A stretch of DNA of 64,000 nt from Candidatus Iainarchaeum sp. (GCA_018304425.1 JAGVWE010000005.1:128001-192000), one strand, 5' to 3'. Shown: positions 27,241 through 36,792, counted from the stretch's first letter. Made by a program: numbers and translations. The notes: a model not told the origin generated them from the sequence alone.

Positions 27241-27315
27241 AGGGCTTTTTACAAAAGCCCTGCGAAAAGGTGCCATTCTCACGAATGGCACGGCCTTTTT
27301 ACAAAGGGTTTGCGA
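27241..27315 (+). repeat. Family A element, about 1.5 copies, abutting the 5' end of tRNA-Ala in opposite orientation
   Basis: AGGGCTTTTTACAAAAGCCCT-GCGAAAAG-GTGCCATTC-TCAC-GAATGGCAC-GGCCTTTTTACAAAGGGTTT-GCGA. Confidence 0.9.
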
Positions 27316-27432
27316 CCTTGTCTCCCCCTGGGAGACGAGGCCCCGAAGACAAAGTCTTCGGGGAAATGCCCTGTGCATTGCACAGGGCTGGCTCGGCCTT
27401 TCGGCCTCGCATCTGGGCAGCCGTTGCCCAGA
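27316..27432. repeat. Run of five closely spaced, unrelated short palindromes
   Basis: CCTTGTCTCCC-CCT-GGGAGACGAGG; CCCCGAAGAC-AAA-GTCTTCGGGG; GCCCTGTGC-ATT-GCACAGGGC; GGCC-TTTC-GGCC; TCTGGGCAG-CCG-TTGCCCAGA. Confidence 0.88.
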
Positions 27433-27487
27433 CTGCAAGATAACTGAAACCAAAGGAATTTATTAAGGGTTAACATTAATATAAAGC

Positions 27488-30400
27488 ATGCCGGATGGAG
27501 AGGGGAAGGACGCGGTAGCCGCTGGTTCGGGGGAGAAGCCCAGGCCCTTGGGGGCAGGGGAGCGGGTGGTGAAGCTCAAGGCCGCGCCGAAGACCGACCT
27601 CTTTGAAGAGGTCTTGACCGGGAAAAGCCATGAAGAGCAGTCCCTGGACGAGCTCTCGGAGGCCGAGGAAAAGAGGGCCCAGGAAGCCGAGAAAACCGTG
27701 GCCACCAAGCCGGGCAGCGGGGCTGCGCCGGTGGCGGGGGCGGAAATGCCGGCGCCTGTTCAGGCTCGCCGCGGGAGCCCTCGGAAGGCTGCCCCTAAAA
27801 TCAGGGTACGCAAGAAGGGGGTTGAAGAAGCCGGGGCCGGCGTTGCGTCGAGTGAGGGCGGGGACGACGATGACGAGGAAGACGAGCCAGGGGAACCGAA
27901 GCCGCCCCTGGACATCGAGGAAGGCGATGACTTAAGTGCCGGCGACTGGAATGACTTGTTCAAGGAGGGAGACACCCGGGAGGAAGGCATCAAGGCGGCG
28001 CAGGCCCTGCCGGAGGCAGGGGCCGGGGAAGCGGGGTCTTCGGCGGGCGAAGAAGGACCGGTGGAGGCAAAAACCCCGCAGCCCAGCAAGGAGGAAATCC
28101 GCAGGGAGTTGATTGCCAGGACCGTTGCGGCCGGCCAAGGGGATTTGACTCCCTTGAAGGAGGGGTTGCCGCTCAAGTTCTTGGAGGACCCGGAGAAGGG
28201 CAACGTGTTCATTGGCCGCAAGAAAAACATTTGGAAGAAGTACGGGTATGAGGGCGCGTTGCTGGTTGGAAAGGTAGTGGAAGAAGAGTTCAAGGAACGG
28301 CACGTCTACTTGGACTCGTTGAACCCGCACGTGGTGTTCGTTTGCGGGGCCCGGGGTTCGGGTAAATCGTATATCATGGGGGTCATGGCCGAGGAACTCG
28401 CGCGCAAGAACAAGAACGTGGGAACGGTGGTCATTGACCCGGTTGGCGTGTTTTGGAGCATGAAGTACCCGAATAAGGAGGAAAAGGAGCTCGCGTTGAT
28501 GCCGGACTGGGGCTTGCAGCCGGAGGGCCTGGACAGCTTGCGCGTGTTCATCCCAGAGGGCATCAAGAGCCAGACGCCTAAGGAGACCTATGACGCTACC
28601 TTCACCATGCAGCCCAGCCTCTTGACTTCGGATGACTGGTGCCTGACCTACGGCATTGACCGGTTCAGCCCCACGGGCCTCTTACTGGAAAAGACGCTGA
28701 AGAAAGTCGAGTTGGGGTATGAGAACCTGGATGGCAAGAAGTTCCCAGCCCGCAGGCGGTCTTATTCCCTGGATGACCTCATTGCCTGCCTGGAAACGGA
28801 TGCGGAATTGAATTCGAGGGACAAGGGGTACAAGCAGGACTCCATTCGTGCCCTGGTTTCCCGATTTGAGGCCGCCAAGAACTGGGGGATTTTCAGTGAT
28901 AGGGGCACGCCCTTGGTGGAAATCAGCAAGGAAGGCCAGTTAACGGTCATTGACACGAGTTTCCTGGACGACAATGTCACGGCCCTGGTCATCGGGATAC
29001 TGGCGAGGAGGCTGTTGGCGGCCAGGAAGCTGTCCACGCGGAAGGAGGCCGCCAAGAAGTTCCAGGAAGAGGAGGGGGTTGACGTCCTGGAAACGGATAT
29101 TCCGCCTACCTGGCTGTTCATCGACGAGGCGCACACCCTTATCCCGAGTGGCAACGTCAAGACCCCGGCCACGCATGCCCTGGTCGAGTACGTGAAGCAG
29201 GGGCGTCGACCGGGTTGTTCCCTGGTGTTTGCCACGCAGCAGCCTTCGGCCATTGACACCAAGGTGTTGAGCCAATTGGATGTGATGGTCACCCACAAGC
29301 TGGTGTTCGACGACGACATCAAGGCCATTTACAAGCGCAGCCCGACCATCGTGCCCTTTAAGTACAAGAAGCCGAGTTTCGTGAAGACCCTGCCGATTGG
29401 CACGGCGCTGGTGGGGGATCGGACGGAGGAAACGAGCCGCGCCTTCATCATGAAAATCAGGCCCCGGTTGTCCCAGCACGAGGGCCGTGAGGCGGAGACC
29501 ACGGAGCGTTCCGTGGAGTTGGGGGCCAAGCAGGTGGAGCAGTTGGCGGTGAGCATGTTGTTGCGCCGCCTGGAAGAAGAGGGCGAGACCAGCATCGAGA
29601 CCGTGGAGAAGAGCGTGCAGGTGCTTAACCAGAAGTACAAGAGCACAGCCGACGCGGAGAACGTGCTCGCGATGCTGAAGCGGCATGGACTTGTAGTGGA
29701 CGAGGAGTTCGTGCGGTTGAAGGAGTACGTGGAGAAGGAAGAGGGAACCGGGAAACCGGCGGCAGCCAAAGCCGGCGAGGAAAGCCCCGTGGAAGCGGAA
29801 GAAGAAAAGGAGGCCGAGGAAGAGGCCCAGGAAACGGCGGGGGAGGAAAAACAGGGGAAACCCGTCCCCGAAGCCGTGGAAGCGGGCTTCGGCGGGCAGA
29901 CCGAGTTGCTGGCCTTGCCTGCCCGCGTGAACCAGCAGGCGGCGCAGCGCGTGGTGGATGGCCTGCGGCACAGGAAAGTCCTGGGCTTGCTGGGCAGCGA
30001 GGAAGTCATCGAGGACCTGCAATTGAAGTATGTCACGATTTGGCGCGTCAAATACGATGTCTACAACCAGCGCAAGGAATTCATTGCCCGGGAATGCTTC
30101 GTTAATTCCATGAGCGGGGAATTCATCCACTTCTTGAAGGACCGGTTCGTGGAAAGCAAGGGCTTGAAGGAAGTGTACGAGTTGGGCGAGGACGAAATCC
30201 AGTTCGTGCGCCTGCTGGGCCGCAAGGAGATGTCCTTACAGGAAATCGTGAAGCACACGCTGTTGGACGAGAAAAAAGTCCGCCCCGTCCTCGACAAGCT
30301 GCACTTCAAACGGTTGCTGGGCAAGACCAAGAAGAACAACGAACTCCATTACTGGCTGTTGAAGGAGTTTGACTTGCCGCCCCATGAAAGGCACGACCTC

Positions 30401-30625
30401 CTGCAGTCCATCCGGAACCTGCCGTTCGTGCGCGCGGAGGCCCTGGCCAAGGAACGCGAAATCTACGGCCGGAAGGAAATCCCCGAGGTCCTGGGCAAGC
30501 TATGGAAAAACATTCTGGTGCACAAAATCGAGGAACTCCACTGGCCCATCTGGCAGGCCACGTTGAAGGAAGGCCAGCGCACCCGCAAGGTCGGCATCGA
30601 CGCAGTTACCGGGAAAGCGGTTTAG
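27488..30625 (+). CDS. HerA/FtsK-superfamily (DUF87-like) ATPase with long N- and C-terminal extensions
   Basis: HVVFVCGARGSGKS Walker A, IDPVG, LFIDEAH Walker B, QGRRPG, ATQQP. Confidence 0.88.
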   Translation: MPDGEGKDAVAAGSGEKPRPLGAGERVVKLKAAPKTDLFEEVLTGKSHEEQSLDELSEAEEKRAQEAEKTVATKPGSGAAPVAGAEMPAPVQARRGSPRKAAPKIRVRKKGVEEAGAGVASSEGGDDDDEEDEPGEPKPPLDIEEGDDLSAGDWNDLFKEGDTREEGIKAAQALPEAGAGEAGSSAGEEGPVEAKTPQPSKEEIRRELIARTVAAGQGDLTPLKEGLPLKFLEDPEKGNVFIGRKKNIWKKYGYEGALLVGKVVEEEFKERHVYLDSLNPHVVFVCGARGSGKSYIMGVMAEELARKNKNVGTVVIDPVGVFWSMKYPNKEEKELALMPDWGLQPEGLDSLRVFIPEGIKSQTPKETYDATFTMQPSLLTSDDWCLTYGIDRFSPTGLLLEKTLKKVELGYENLDGKKFPARRRSYSLDDLIACLETDAELNSRDKGYKQDSIRALVSRFEAAKNWGIFSDRGTPLVEISKEGQLTVIDTSFLDDNVTALVIGILARRLLAARKLSTRKEAAKKFQEEEGVDVLETDIPPTWLFIDEAHTLIPSGNVKTPATHALVEYVKQGRRPGCSLVFATQQPSAIDTKVLSQLDVMVTHKLVFDDDIKAIYKRSPTIVPFKYKKPSFVKTLPIGTALVGDRTEETSRAFIMKIRPRLSQHEGREAETTERSVELGAKQVEQLAVSMLLRRLEEEGETSIETVEKSVQVLNQKYKSTADAENVLAMLKRHGLVVDEEFVRLKEYVEKEEGTGKPAAAKAGEESPVEAEEEKEAEEEAQETAGEEKQGKPVPEAVEAGFGGQTELLALPARVNQQAAQRVVDGLRHRKVLGLLGSEEVIEDLQLKYVTIWRVKYDVYNQRKEFIARECFVNSMSGEFIHFLKDRFVESKGLKEVYELGEDEIQFVRLLGRKEMSLQEIVKHTLLDEKKVRPVLDKLHFKRLLGKTKKNNELHYWLLKEFDLPPHERHDLLQSIRNLPFVRAEALAKEREIYGRKEIPEVLGKLWKNILVHKIEELHWPIWQATLKEGQRTRKVGIDAVTGKAV

Positions 30626-31350
30626 GCCTTTCCCTTGGCGTCCCTGGCCTTGAGTTCGACCCTGGCCTTGTCCACTACCTGGGCTTGGGTAACGCCTTTG
30701 ACGAGCTTGTCCGCGGGCAGGAAGCCCTGGATGCTTTGCGCCGTGACCCAGGTGTGCGCCCCGACCAGGGTACCGGGAGAGGTAACGACGTTCGCACCGA
30801 GCCGGGCGTAGTCGCCGAGAATGCAGCCGAACTTGTCCGAACCCGTGGAAAGTTTCTCGCCCCTGATTTTCACCTGCACGACCTGCTGGTCAAAGCGCCG
30901 GTTGCCAAGGATGGTGCCGGAACCGATACGCGTCCCTTGTCCAAGGACGCTGTCGCCGACGAAGCAGTTGGTGCCGATTTTCGCGCCGTTGAAGAGGAGG
31001 GCGTTCTTCATCTCGACGCCCTTGCCGATGACGCAGCCGTTGCCGATGACGGTCACGGGCCGAATCCAGACGTGGGGGCGGATGGTGACGTTCTCGCCGA
31101 TGATGCACGGCCCCTCGATGACGGTGAAGGGCTCGACTACCGTGCCCTTGCCGATGACGACGTTGCCCTTGATGACGACAGTTGGGTGGACTTCGCCCTC
31201 GATGCGGGAAGCGCCAGGGTTGACCAGGGAATTCTTGCCTTCCACCATTTCCCAGGGGTGCCTGAATTTCTTCAACTCCTGGAGGGGGCAGGCGGAAAAG
31301 TCTTCGAAGTAGTAGTCGAGGCCCCCTTCCTTCAAAACTTTTGGGTTCAT
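30622..31350 (-). CDS. Hexapeptide-repeat acetyltransferase (GlmU C-terminal-like domain only)
   Basis: Left-handed beta-helix repeats, VGDSVLG, KFGCILGD; in operon with glmM and glmS. Confidence 0.85.
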   Translation of the reverse strand: MNPKVLKEGGLDYYFEDFSACPLQELKKFRHPWEMVEGKNSLVNPGASRIEGEVHPTVVIKGNVVIGKGTVVEPFTVIEGPCIIGENVTIRPHVWIRPVTVIGNGCVIGKGVEMKNALLFNGAKIGTNCFVGDSVLGQGTRIGSGTILGNRRFDQQVVQVKIRGEKLSTGSDKFGCILGDYARLGANVVTSPGTLVGAHTWVTAQSIQGFLPADKLVKGVTQAQVVDKARVELKARDAKGKA

Positions 31351-32735
31351 GCACCAATCACCTTCCGGATTTCCGATGCAATGGACTGCGCAAGCTTACT
31401 TATTTCGGTTTGGTGCTTGCCTTCAATCATGACGCGCGCCAGGTTCTCGGTGCCCGAGTAGCGGACCAGTACGCGGCCCTCGGAGCCCAGCTTGCCCTCT
31501 ACATAATGGATTCTTTCCTGCACGCCCTCCATGGCCTCGAAGGGCCGTTTTTCCCTGACCTTGAGGTTGACCAGCACCTGGGGATAGGCTTTCATGCACC
31601 GTGCCAGCCGGGAGAGGGGCTGCCGCTTTTCGCACAGGAGCCGCAGCAACTGGAGGCCCGTGATGATGCCGTCCCCGGTGGTCGAGTACTCGTGGAACAC
31701 GAGGTGCCCGGATTGCTCGCCGCCAAGCACGAAACCGCCCCTGCGCATCTCGTCAATGACGTACTTGTCTCCCACTTGCGTGACCTTGACCTGGAGGCCT
31801 GCCTGCCTCATGGCCTCGTGGAAGCCCAGGTTGGCCATGACGGTTGAGACCACGGTGTCGCGGGCCAGCTTGCCCTTGGCCTTCAAGTCCAGGGCCATGA
31901 GCGCGAGTAAATGATCGCCGTCCACCAGTTTTCCCTTTTCGTCGCAGACGATGATGCGGTCGGCGTCCCCGTCCAGGGCAATGCCCAAGTCGGCTTTCTG
32001 CCTGCGGACTTCCCGTTGCATCTGCTCCGGGTGCAGGGCACCGCAGTTGAGGTTGATGTTCAGGCCATCTGGCTCGGTGTTCAGGGAAACCACTTGGGCG
32101 CCGAGCTCGGAAAAAATGTAGGGCGCGATGTGGTAGGCCGCGCCATTGGCGCAGTCCAGGACCACTTTGAGGCCCTGCAGGCTGAGATTGTCAATCGAGG
32201 ACTTGCAGAACTCGATGTAGCGGCCCCGGGCGTCATCGATGCGGAAGGCCTTGCCGATGTCGTTGCCCGTGACCTCTCCCGAGTCAAAGCCGTTGGAGTT
32301 GACGAGCTGTTCGATCCGGTCTTCGAGGTCCTCGCCCAGCTTGTAGCCGGCGTGGTCGAACACCTTGATGCCGTTGTCGTGCGCGGGGTTGTGGGAAGCC
32401 GAAATCACGATGCCCGCGTCCGCGTTCATGGACTTGGTCAGGTGCGCGATGGCGGGCGTTGGCATCGGGCCCACCAGGAAGACGTGCGCGCCCTGGGAGA
32501 CGATGCCGGAAGTCAACGCGGTCTCAAGCATGTAGCCGGACAAGCGCGTGTCCTTGCCGATGACGATTTTGGGCTTGCCTTGCCGTTTCTTGTCCGCGCG
32601 CTGGAGGACGGTTGCAACGGCTTTGCCCACGCGCAACGCGATTTCCGGCGTCATGGGGTAGACGTTCGCTTTTCCCCGGATGCCGTCGGTGCCGAAGATT
32701 TTCCCGTTCCCGTTGTCGTTCAAGGAGGACATCAT
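31347..32735 (-). CDS. glmM: Phosphoglucosamine mutase
   Basis: FGTDGIRG, ISASHNP, DGDADR, GGEQSGH, RYSGTE. Confidence 0.97.
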   Translation of the reverse strand: MMSSLNDNGNGKIFGTDGIRGKANVYPMTPEIALRVGKAVATVLQRADKKRQGKPKIVIGKDTRLSGYMLETALTSGIVSQGAHVFLVGPMPTPAIAHLTKSMNADAGIVISASHNPAHDNGIKVFDHAGYKLGEDLEDRIEQLVNSNGFDSGEVTGNDIGKAFRIDDARGRYIEFCKSSIDNLSLQGLKVVLDCANGAAYHIAPYIFSELGAQVVSLNTEPDGLNINLNCGALHPEQMQREVRRQKADLGIALDGDADRIIVCDEKGKLVDGDHLLALMALDLKAKGKLARDTVVSTVMANLGFHEAMRQAGLQVKVTQVGDKYVIDEMRRGGFVLGGEQSGHLVFHEYSTTGDGIITGLQLLRLLCEKRQPLSRLARCMKAYPQVLVNLKVREKRPFEAMEGVQERIHYVEGKLGSEGRVLVRYSGTENLARVMIEGKHQTEISKLAQSIASEIRKVIGA

Positions 32736-34498
32736 TTCACCGTCACGCTTTTCGCGAGGTTGCGCGGCTTGTCCGGGTCATTCCCACGCAACACCGCGAG
32801 ATAGTAGGCAAGCAATTGCACGGGCACGAGTTCCGCGATAGCGGAAGCGATGCCAAGGTCGGGCACGGGGAGGTGGAGGTCGAAGACCTCGTTGTCCTGG
32901 GGTGCCAGGCCGATGATGTAAGCCCCTCGCGACTTGACCTCCATGGCGTTGCTCAGGACTTCTGCCTGGGTCTCATCGCAGGCAGCCAGGACGATGCAGG
33001 GGGTTCTCTTCTCGATGAGGGCTATGGGGCCATGCTTCAATTCCCCGCCGGCAAAGCCTTCGGCATGGATGTAGGAAACCTCCTGCAGCTTGATGGCGGA
33101 TTCGAGGGCGATGGGATAGTGCAGGCCGCGGCCGATGATGTACAAGTTTTCCTTGGCCTTTATTTTCTGCGCAAGGGCCTTGAGCCGCTTGCACTGCGCA
33201 TCATCCAGCGTCCGGGCCAGGGCGGCGCTTGCTATTTGAAGGGCTTTCCGGCCCTCGGCCAGGCGTCCGGCCGTGGCATAGGCCAGCAGGGCCAGCACGG
33301 CCAATTGGCCGGTGGCAGCCTTGGTGGAGGCCACGGCCTTCTCAGGGCCGGCGTTGATGAGCAGGTTGTAATCGGACTGGCGCATCATGGTGCTTCCGTA
33401 CACGTTGAGGAGGGAGACCACTTTCGCGCCGCGTTTCTTGGCGATGGAAAGGGCCTCGAGGGTGTCCGCCGTCTCCCCGCTTTGGGAGACGGCAATCACC
33501 AACGTGTCAGGCCCGACGAAGGGGGCGAAGTTCGGGAATTCCGAGCCCACGCAAAAGTGCGTCTGCCTGCCCGCGATCTTCGCGAACAGGTAGGTTCCCG
33601 CGAGGCACATCTTTCCGGCGGTGCCGCAGCCGACCAGCACCGTTTGCTTGGCACGGGTGATTAGTTGCGCGATTTTTTCGAGCTGCTCGTCGTCCTGCAC
33701 CAGGGCACGAGAAACGGATTCGCGCTGCTCGAGGATTTCCTTGAGCATGAAGTGCGGGAACTTTCCCTTCTCTGCCTGTTCGGGCGTCCAGGAAATCTTC
33801 TGCGGCTTCACGGGCAGCTGCTTTCCGGAGCGAAGGTCAAATAACCGGAGCGCGGAATCGATGAGGACAAGCTGCTGGTCGTCGAGGAACACGACCTGGT
33901 TGGTGTGGGGGAGGAAAGCCGGGATGTCGGAAGCGAGGAAGAATTCGTCTTTGCCGAGGCCGGCCAGGAGCGGGGAACCATTTCGGGCGCCGATGAGCTG
34001 CCCGGAATCCGCGTCGAGGACGATAAAGGAATACCGGCCTTCGAGCAGCAGGCAGGTGTGCCGCACCGCGGTGGGGAAGTCGTCGCCTTTTTTCAGGAAG
34101 TCTTCGACGAGCAGGGGGATGGTCTCGGTGTCGGTCTGGGAGTGGAACGTGTAACCCGCGGCCTGCAGGCGCTTGCGCAGGGCCTGGTAGTTTTCCACGA
34201 TGCCGTTGTGGGCCACGGCAATGCGCTTATTGTTGGACAAGTGGGGGTGGGCATTGGACTGGGTTACCCCCCCGTGGGTGGCCCATCTCGTGTGGCCCAG
34301 GGCCAGGTTTGCCTCAGGCAACGCCTTAAACCCCTTGAAATTGCCTATCTTGCCCACGTTTTTCTTTACTTGGAGGCCCGTTCCATCGAGAAAAGCGATG
34401 CCCCAGGAATCATATCCACGGTATTCGAGGGTTTTAAGGCCTTCCAAGACGATGGATACAGCCTGGTCTCCGCCTTTATAGCCAATGATTCCACACAT
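32732..34498 (-). CDS. glmS: Glutamine--fructose-6-phosphate transaminase
   Basis: MCGIIG, GHTRWATHG, SQSGETAD, ELKHGP, PRNLAKSVTV. Confidence 0.98.
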   Translation of the reverse strand: MCGIIGYKGGDQAVSIVLEGLKTLEYRGYDSWGIAFLDGTGLQVKKNVGKIGNFKGFKALPEANLALGHTRWATHGGVTQSNAHPHLSNNKRIAVAHNGIVENYQALRKRLQAAGYTFHSQTDTETIPLLVEDFLKKGDDFPTAVRHTCLLLEGRYSFIVLDADSGQLIGARNGSPLLAGLGKDEFFLASDIPAFLPHTNQVVFLDDQQLVLIDSALRLFDLRSGKQLPVKPQKISWTPEQAEKGKFPHFMLKEILEQRESVSRALVQDDEQLEKIAQLITRAKQTVLVGCGTAGKMCLAGTYLFAKIAGRQTHFCVGSEFPNFAPFVGPDTLVIAVSQSGETADTLEALSIAKKRGAKVVSLLNVYGSTMMRQSDYNLLINAGPEKAVASTKAATGQLAVLALLAYATAGRLAEGRKALQIASAALARTLDDAQCKRLKALAQKIKAKENLYIIGRGLHYPIALESAIKLQEVSYIHAEGFAGGELKHGPIALIEKRTPCIVLAACDETQAEVLSNAMEVKSRGAYIIGLAPQDNEVFDLHLPVPDLGIASAIAELVPVQLLAYYLAVLRGNDPDKPRNLAKSVTVK

Positions 34499-34688
34499 GG
34501 GGGTTGCACCGCAAAATAAGAAGCAATGGAACTATTCTGGGGCATTAGAGTTTAAATACCCCGTTGAAAGCCCATTACAGCCAGTATAAGCCTGGGCATA
34601 ACGGAAACCCCAAGGCTTTTAAAGACTAACTACACTAATACTAACTAACCCATAATAGTAGTATAACAAAACTTGTAATGGTGAATGC

Positions 34689-35645
34689 GTGGCGGATTTC
34701 CTGTTGTTGGATGGCGAGAAGCGCGTGCCCACCAAGCGCGTGGACTCCGTGGAAGCCTTGAAGCCCCTGCTGAACGAGTCGGCCTGGCAAATCGTGAAAC
34801 TCCTGCGCAGGCAGGAATCCTATCCCGCGGAAATCGCGAAAAAACTGGGCCTCAACGAGCAAACCGTTTACTACTATGTCAAGCAGCTGAAAGCCAGCGG
34901 CTTGATTGAGGTGTCACGCACCGAGGAAAAGCAGGGCGCGCTCGCGAAATTCTTCCGCTGCAACTATGACTCGTTTTCCCTCGTGGCCTCGGCCGAGAAC
35001 GCGAGAAAAGCGGAGTTCACGTCCTCGCCTGGCACGGCCAAGCAACTCGAACCCGCGCTCAAGGAATTCCTGGAGCCCTTCATCACCGAGGGCGGGCGGT
35101 TCGACGCCAAAATCGTGGTCGGCAGCCCTGACCCGCATGGGGAGTTGAAGGCGCGGGCGCGCGACGGCCACCTGGCCGTTGAACTCGCGGCCTTCCTGGG
35201 CTCGCTCTGCAACGAAATAAACTATCCCCTCATCTACTTGGACACGCAGATTCCCTCGGTCGAGAAAGAGAACTCGAACCTGATCCTCCTCGGCGGCCCC
35301 ATCACGAACCGGTTGGCCGAGGAACTCAACGAGCATTTGAGCATCCGGTTTGCCTCCAGCGGCGGCCAGTGGCTCGTGAAATCCAAGGCCAGCGACAAGG
35401 AGTATGCCGAGGACGCGACCGGCTTCATCGAGAAAATCAGGCACCCCTCCTATCCCAACCGCGCCATCCTCGTCATCGCCGGCAAACGCAATGCGGGCAC
35501 GCGGGCCGCCATCATCGGGTTAATCAAGCAAACCCATGAAATGGCGAAACCCAACAAATTCGACGAGCGCCTGCACGCCCGCATAGTGGAGGGCCTGGAC
35601 CTGGATGGAGACGGCATCATCGACGACGTCGAAATAAAGGAGTAG
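34689..35645 (+). CDS. ArsR-like wHTH regulator fused to an S-layer/flavodoxin-like C-terminal domain
   Basis: SYPAEIAKKLGLNEQTVYYYVKQL HTH; NLILLGGPITN motif; DLDGDGIIDD terminus. Confidence 0.75.
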   Translation: MADFLLLDGEKRVPTKRVDSVEALKPLLNESAWQIVKLLRRQESYPAEIAKKLGLNEQTVYYYVKQLKASGLIEVSRTEEKQGALAKFFRCNYDSFSLVASAENARKAEFTSSPGTAKQLEPALKEFLEPFITEGGRFDAKIVVGSPDPHGELKARARDGHLAVELAAFLGSLCNEINYPLIYLDTQIPSVEKENSNLILLGGPITNRLAEELNEHLSIRFASSGGQWLVKSKASDKEYAEDATGFIEKIRHPSYPNRAILVIAGKRNAGTRAAIIGLIKQTHEMAKPNKFDERLHARIVEGLDLDGDGIIDDVEIKE

Positions 35646-35671
35646 AAACGACCCAGGCGCCTTCAGCTGGC

Positions 35672-36409
35672 TTAGTCCAGCAGGTTCTTCCAGCTCTTGC
35701 CCTTCCGCTTCTTGAGGTTGACGGCTCCGACCAAGGCATCGAACATGTCCTGGTTGGCGAGCGCGGCGCGCTCGATGGGGGCCTTGAAGCCCAAGCCAAT
35801 TGCCAGTCCCACGCCCAAGCCGACCGCGATGACGATGGTGATCATGGCGAGGCGCAGGATGTCCAACAAAATCGTGGTCTCGGCTGCCGGCAGGATGATG
35901 GGCAAGGCAATGATGATGCCCACGTAAATGACGAATATCTCCACGAAGCTCGCGACCTGGTCCTTGAAGGCGAAGATGCCGCGCCTCCGGATCTTCTCGG
36001 AAATGAAGTCCCCGAGGAACAGGGTGCCGACCAGCACGGCAATGCCCTCGATGAGGTTCGGCACGTAGTTCATGATGGAGGCCACGATGTTGCTGAAGTA
36101 AGCCAATCCAACCAGGTCGGTGGCCGTGCCGAAGAACAGCAACGCGATGTAGAGTTCAACGAGGATCGTGATTATTTCCGTGAGCCTGAAGCCCAGCAGG
36201 GCGTCTCCGAGGCCGTGCCCGGCAATGGTTTCCTCGAGCTTGATGGCCCGCGAAATCCGGCGGATGAGGATGGTCGTGTACTTGCCCACGATTTTGCTGA
36301 CCAGGAAAAAAGCGACTAAAACGATTAAGGCAATGATGGAGTTCTGCGCGTACCCAATGACCTGCGAAGTCATGGCCCCAAAATCCAAGTTAGTCAACCC
36401 AACAGCCAT
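35672..36409 (-). CDS. MscS-associated TM-helix repeat (CmpX-like) membrane protein
   Basis: YVPNLIEGIAVL TM-helix motif; GLAIGLG near the C-terminus. Confidence 0.7.
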   Translation of the reverse strand: MAVGLTNLDFGAMTSQVIGYAQNSIIALIVLVAFFLVSKIVGKYTTILIRRISRAIKLEETIAGHGLGDALLGFRLTEIITILVELYIALLFFGTATDLVGLAYFSNIVASIMNYVPNLIEGIAVLVGTLFLGDFISEKIRRRGIFAFKDQVASFVEIFVIYVGIIIALPIILPAAETTILLDILRLAMITIVIAVGLGVGLAIGLGFKAPIERAALANQDMFDALVGAVNLKKRKGKSWKNLLD

Positions 36410-36480
36410 AGTAAACCCATCTAATCAAGTCATTTAATAGGATTTAACCGCTTAAAAACATATCGTCCGGGTGTTTTGGC

Positions 36481-36753
36481 GTGGAATGGAGTGAATTCGG
36501 GATGCGGCCCTGCAAGAACCGCCTGGCATTCGACGTGGTGCCCAGGCAAAGGCTTTCCCTGGACTGGCAGACAACCTGCCAGCGGCTGCGCGCCAATGGC
36601 CTGGAAGTGGAAGCCGAAACCCCCCGGTTGGTTCTGGTGCGGGTGCAAGGCAAACCGGTTTGCCTCTACCCGGACGGCCGGTTCCAGGTGCGGCAGGCCC
36701 GGGATGCCGTGGAAGCGAAAGCCGTCGCCGTCGCGGTTATCGGCTGCCTTTAA
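36481..36753 (+). CDS. Small hypothetical protein (possible TBP-like fold)
   Basis: 90 aa ORF filling the gap after a TTAAAAA box; VCLYPDGRFQV pattern. Confidence 0.6.
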   Translation: MEWSEFGMRPCKNRLAFDVVPRQRLSLDWQTTCQRLRANGLEVEAETPRLVLVRVQGKPVCLYPDGRFQVRQARDAVEAKAVAVAVIGCL

Positions 36754-36792
36754 GGCAATGGAATTAAAAAGCGCTGCCACCCCAGCCATGGT

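Noticed and set aside
34499-34688. glmS ribozyme upstream of glmS
   Set aside because: No AGCGCC core or matching helices; the region looks like divergent promoters.
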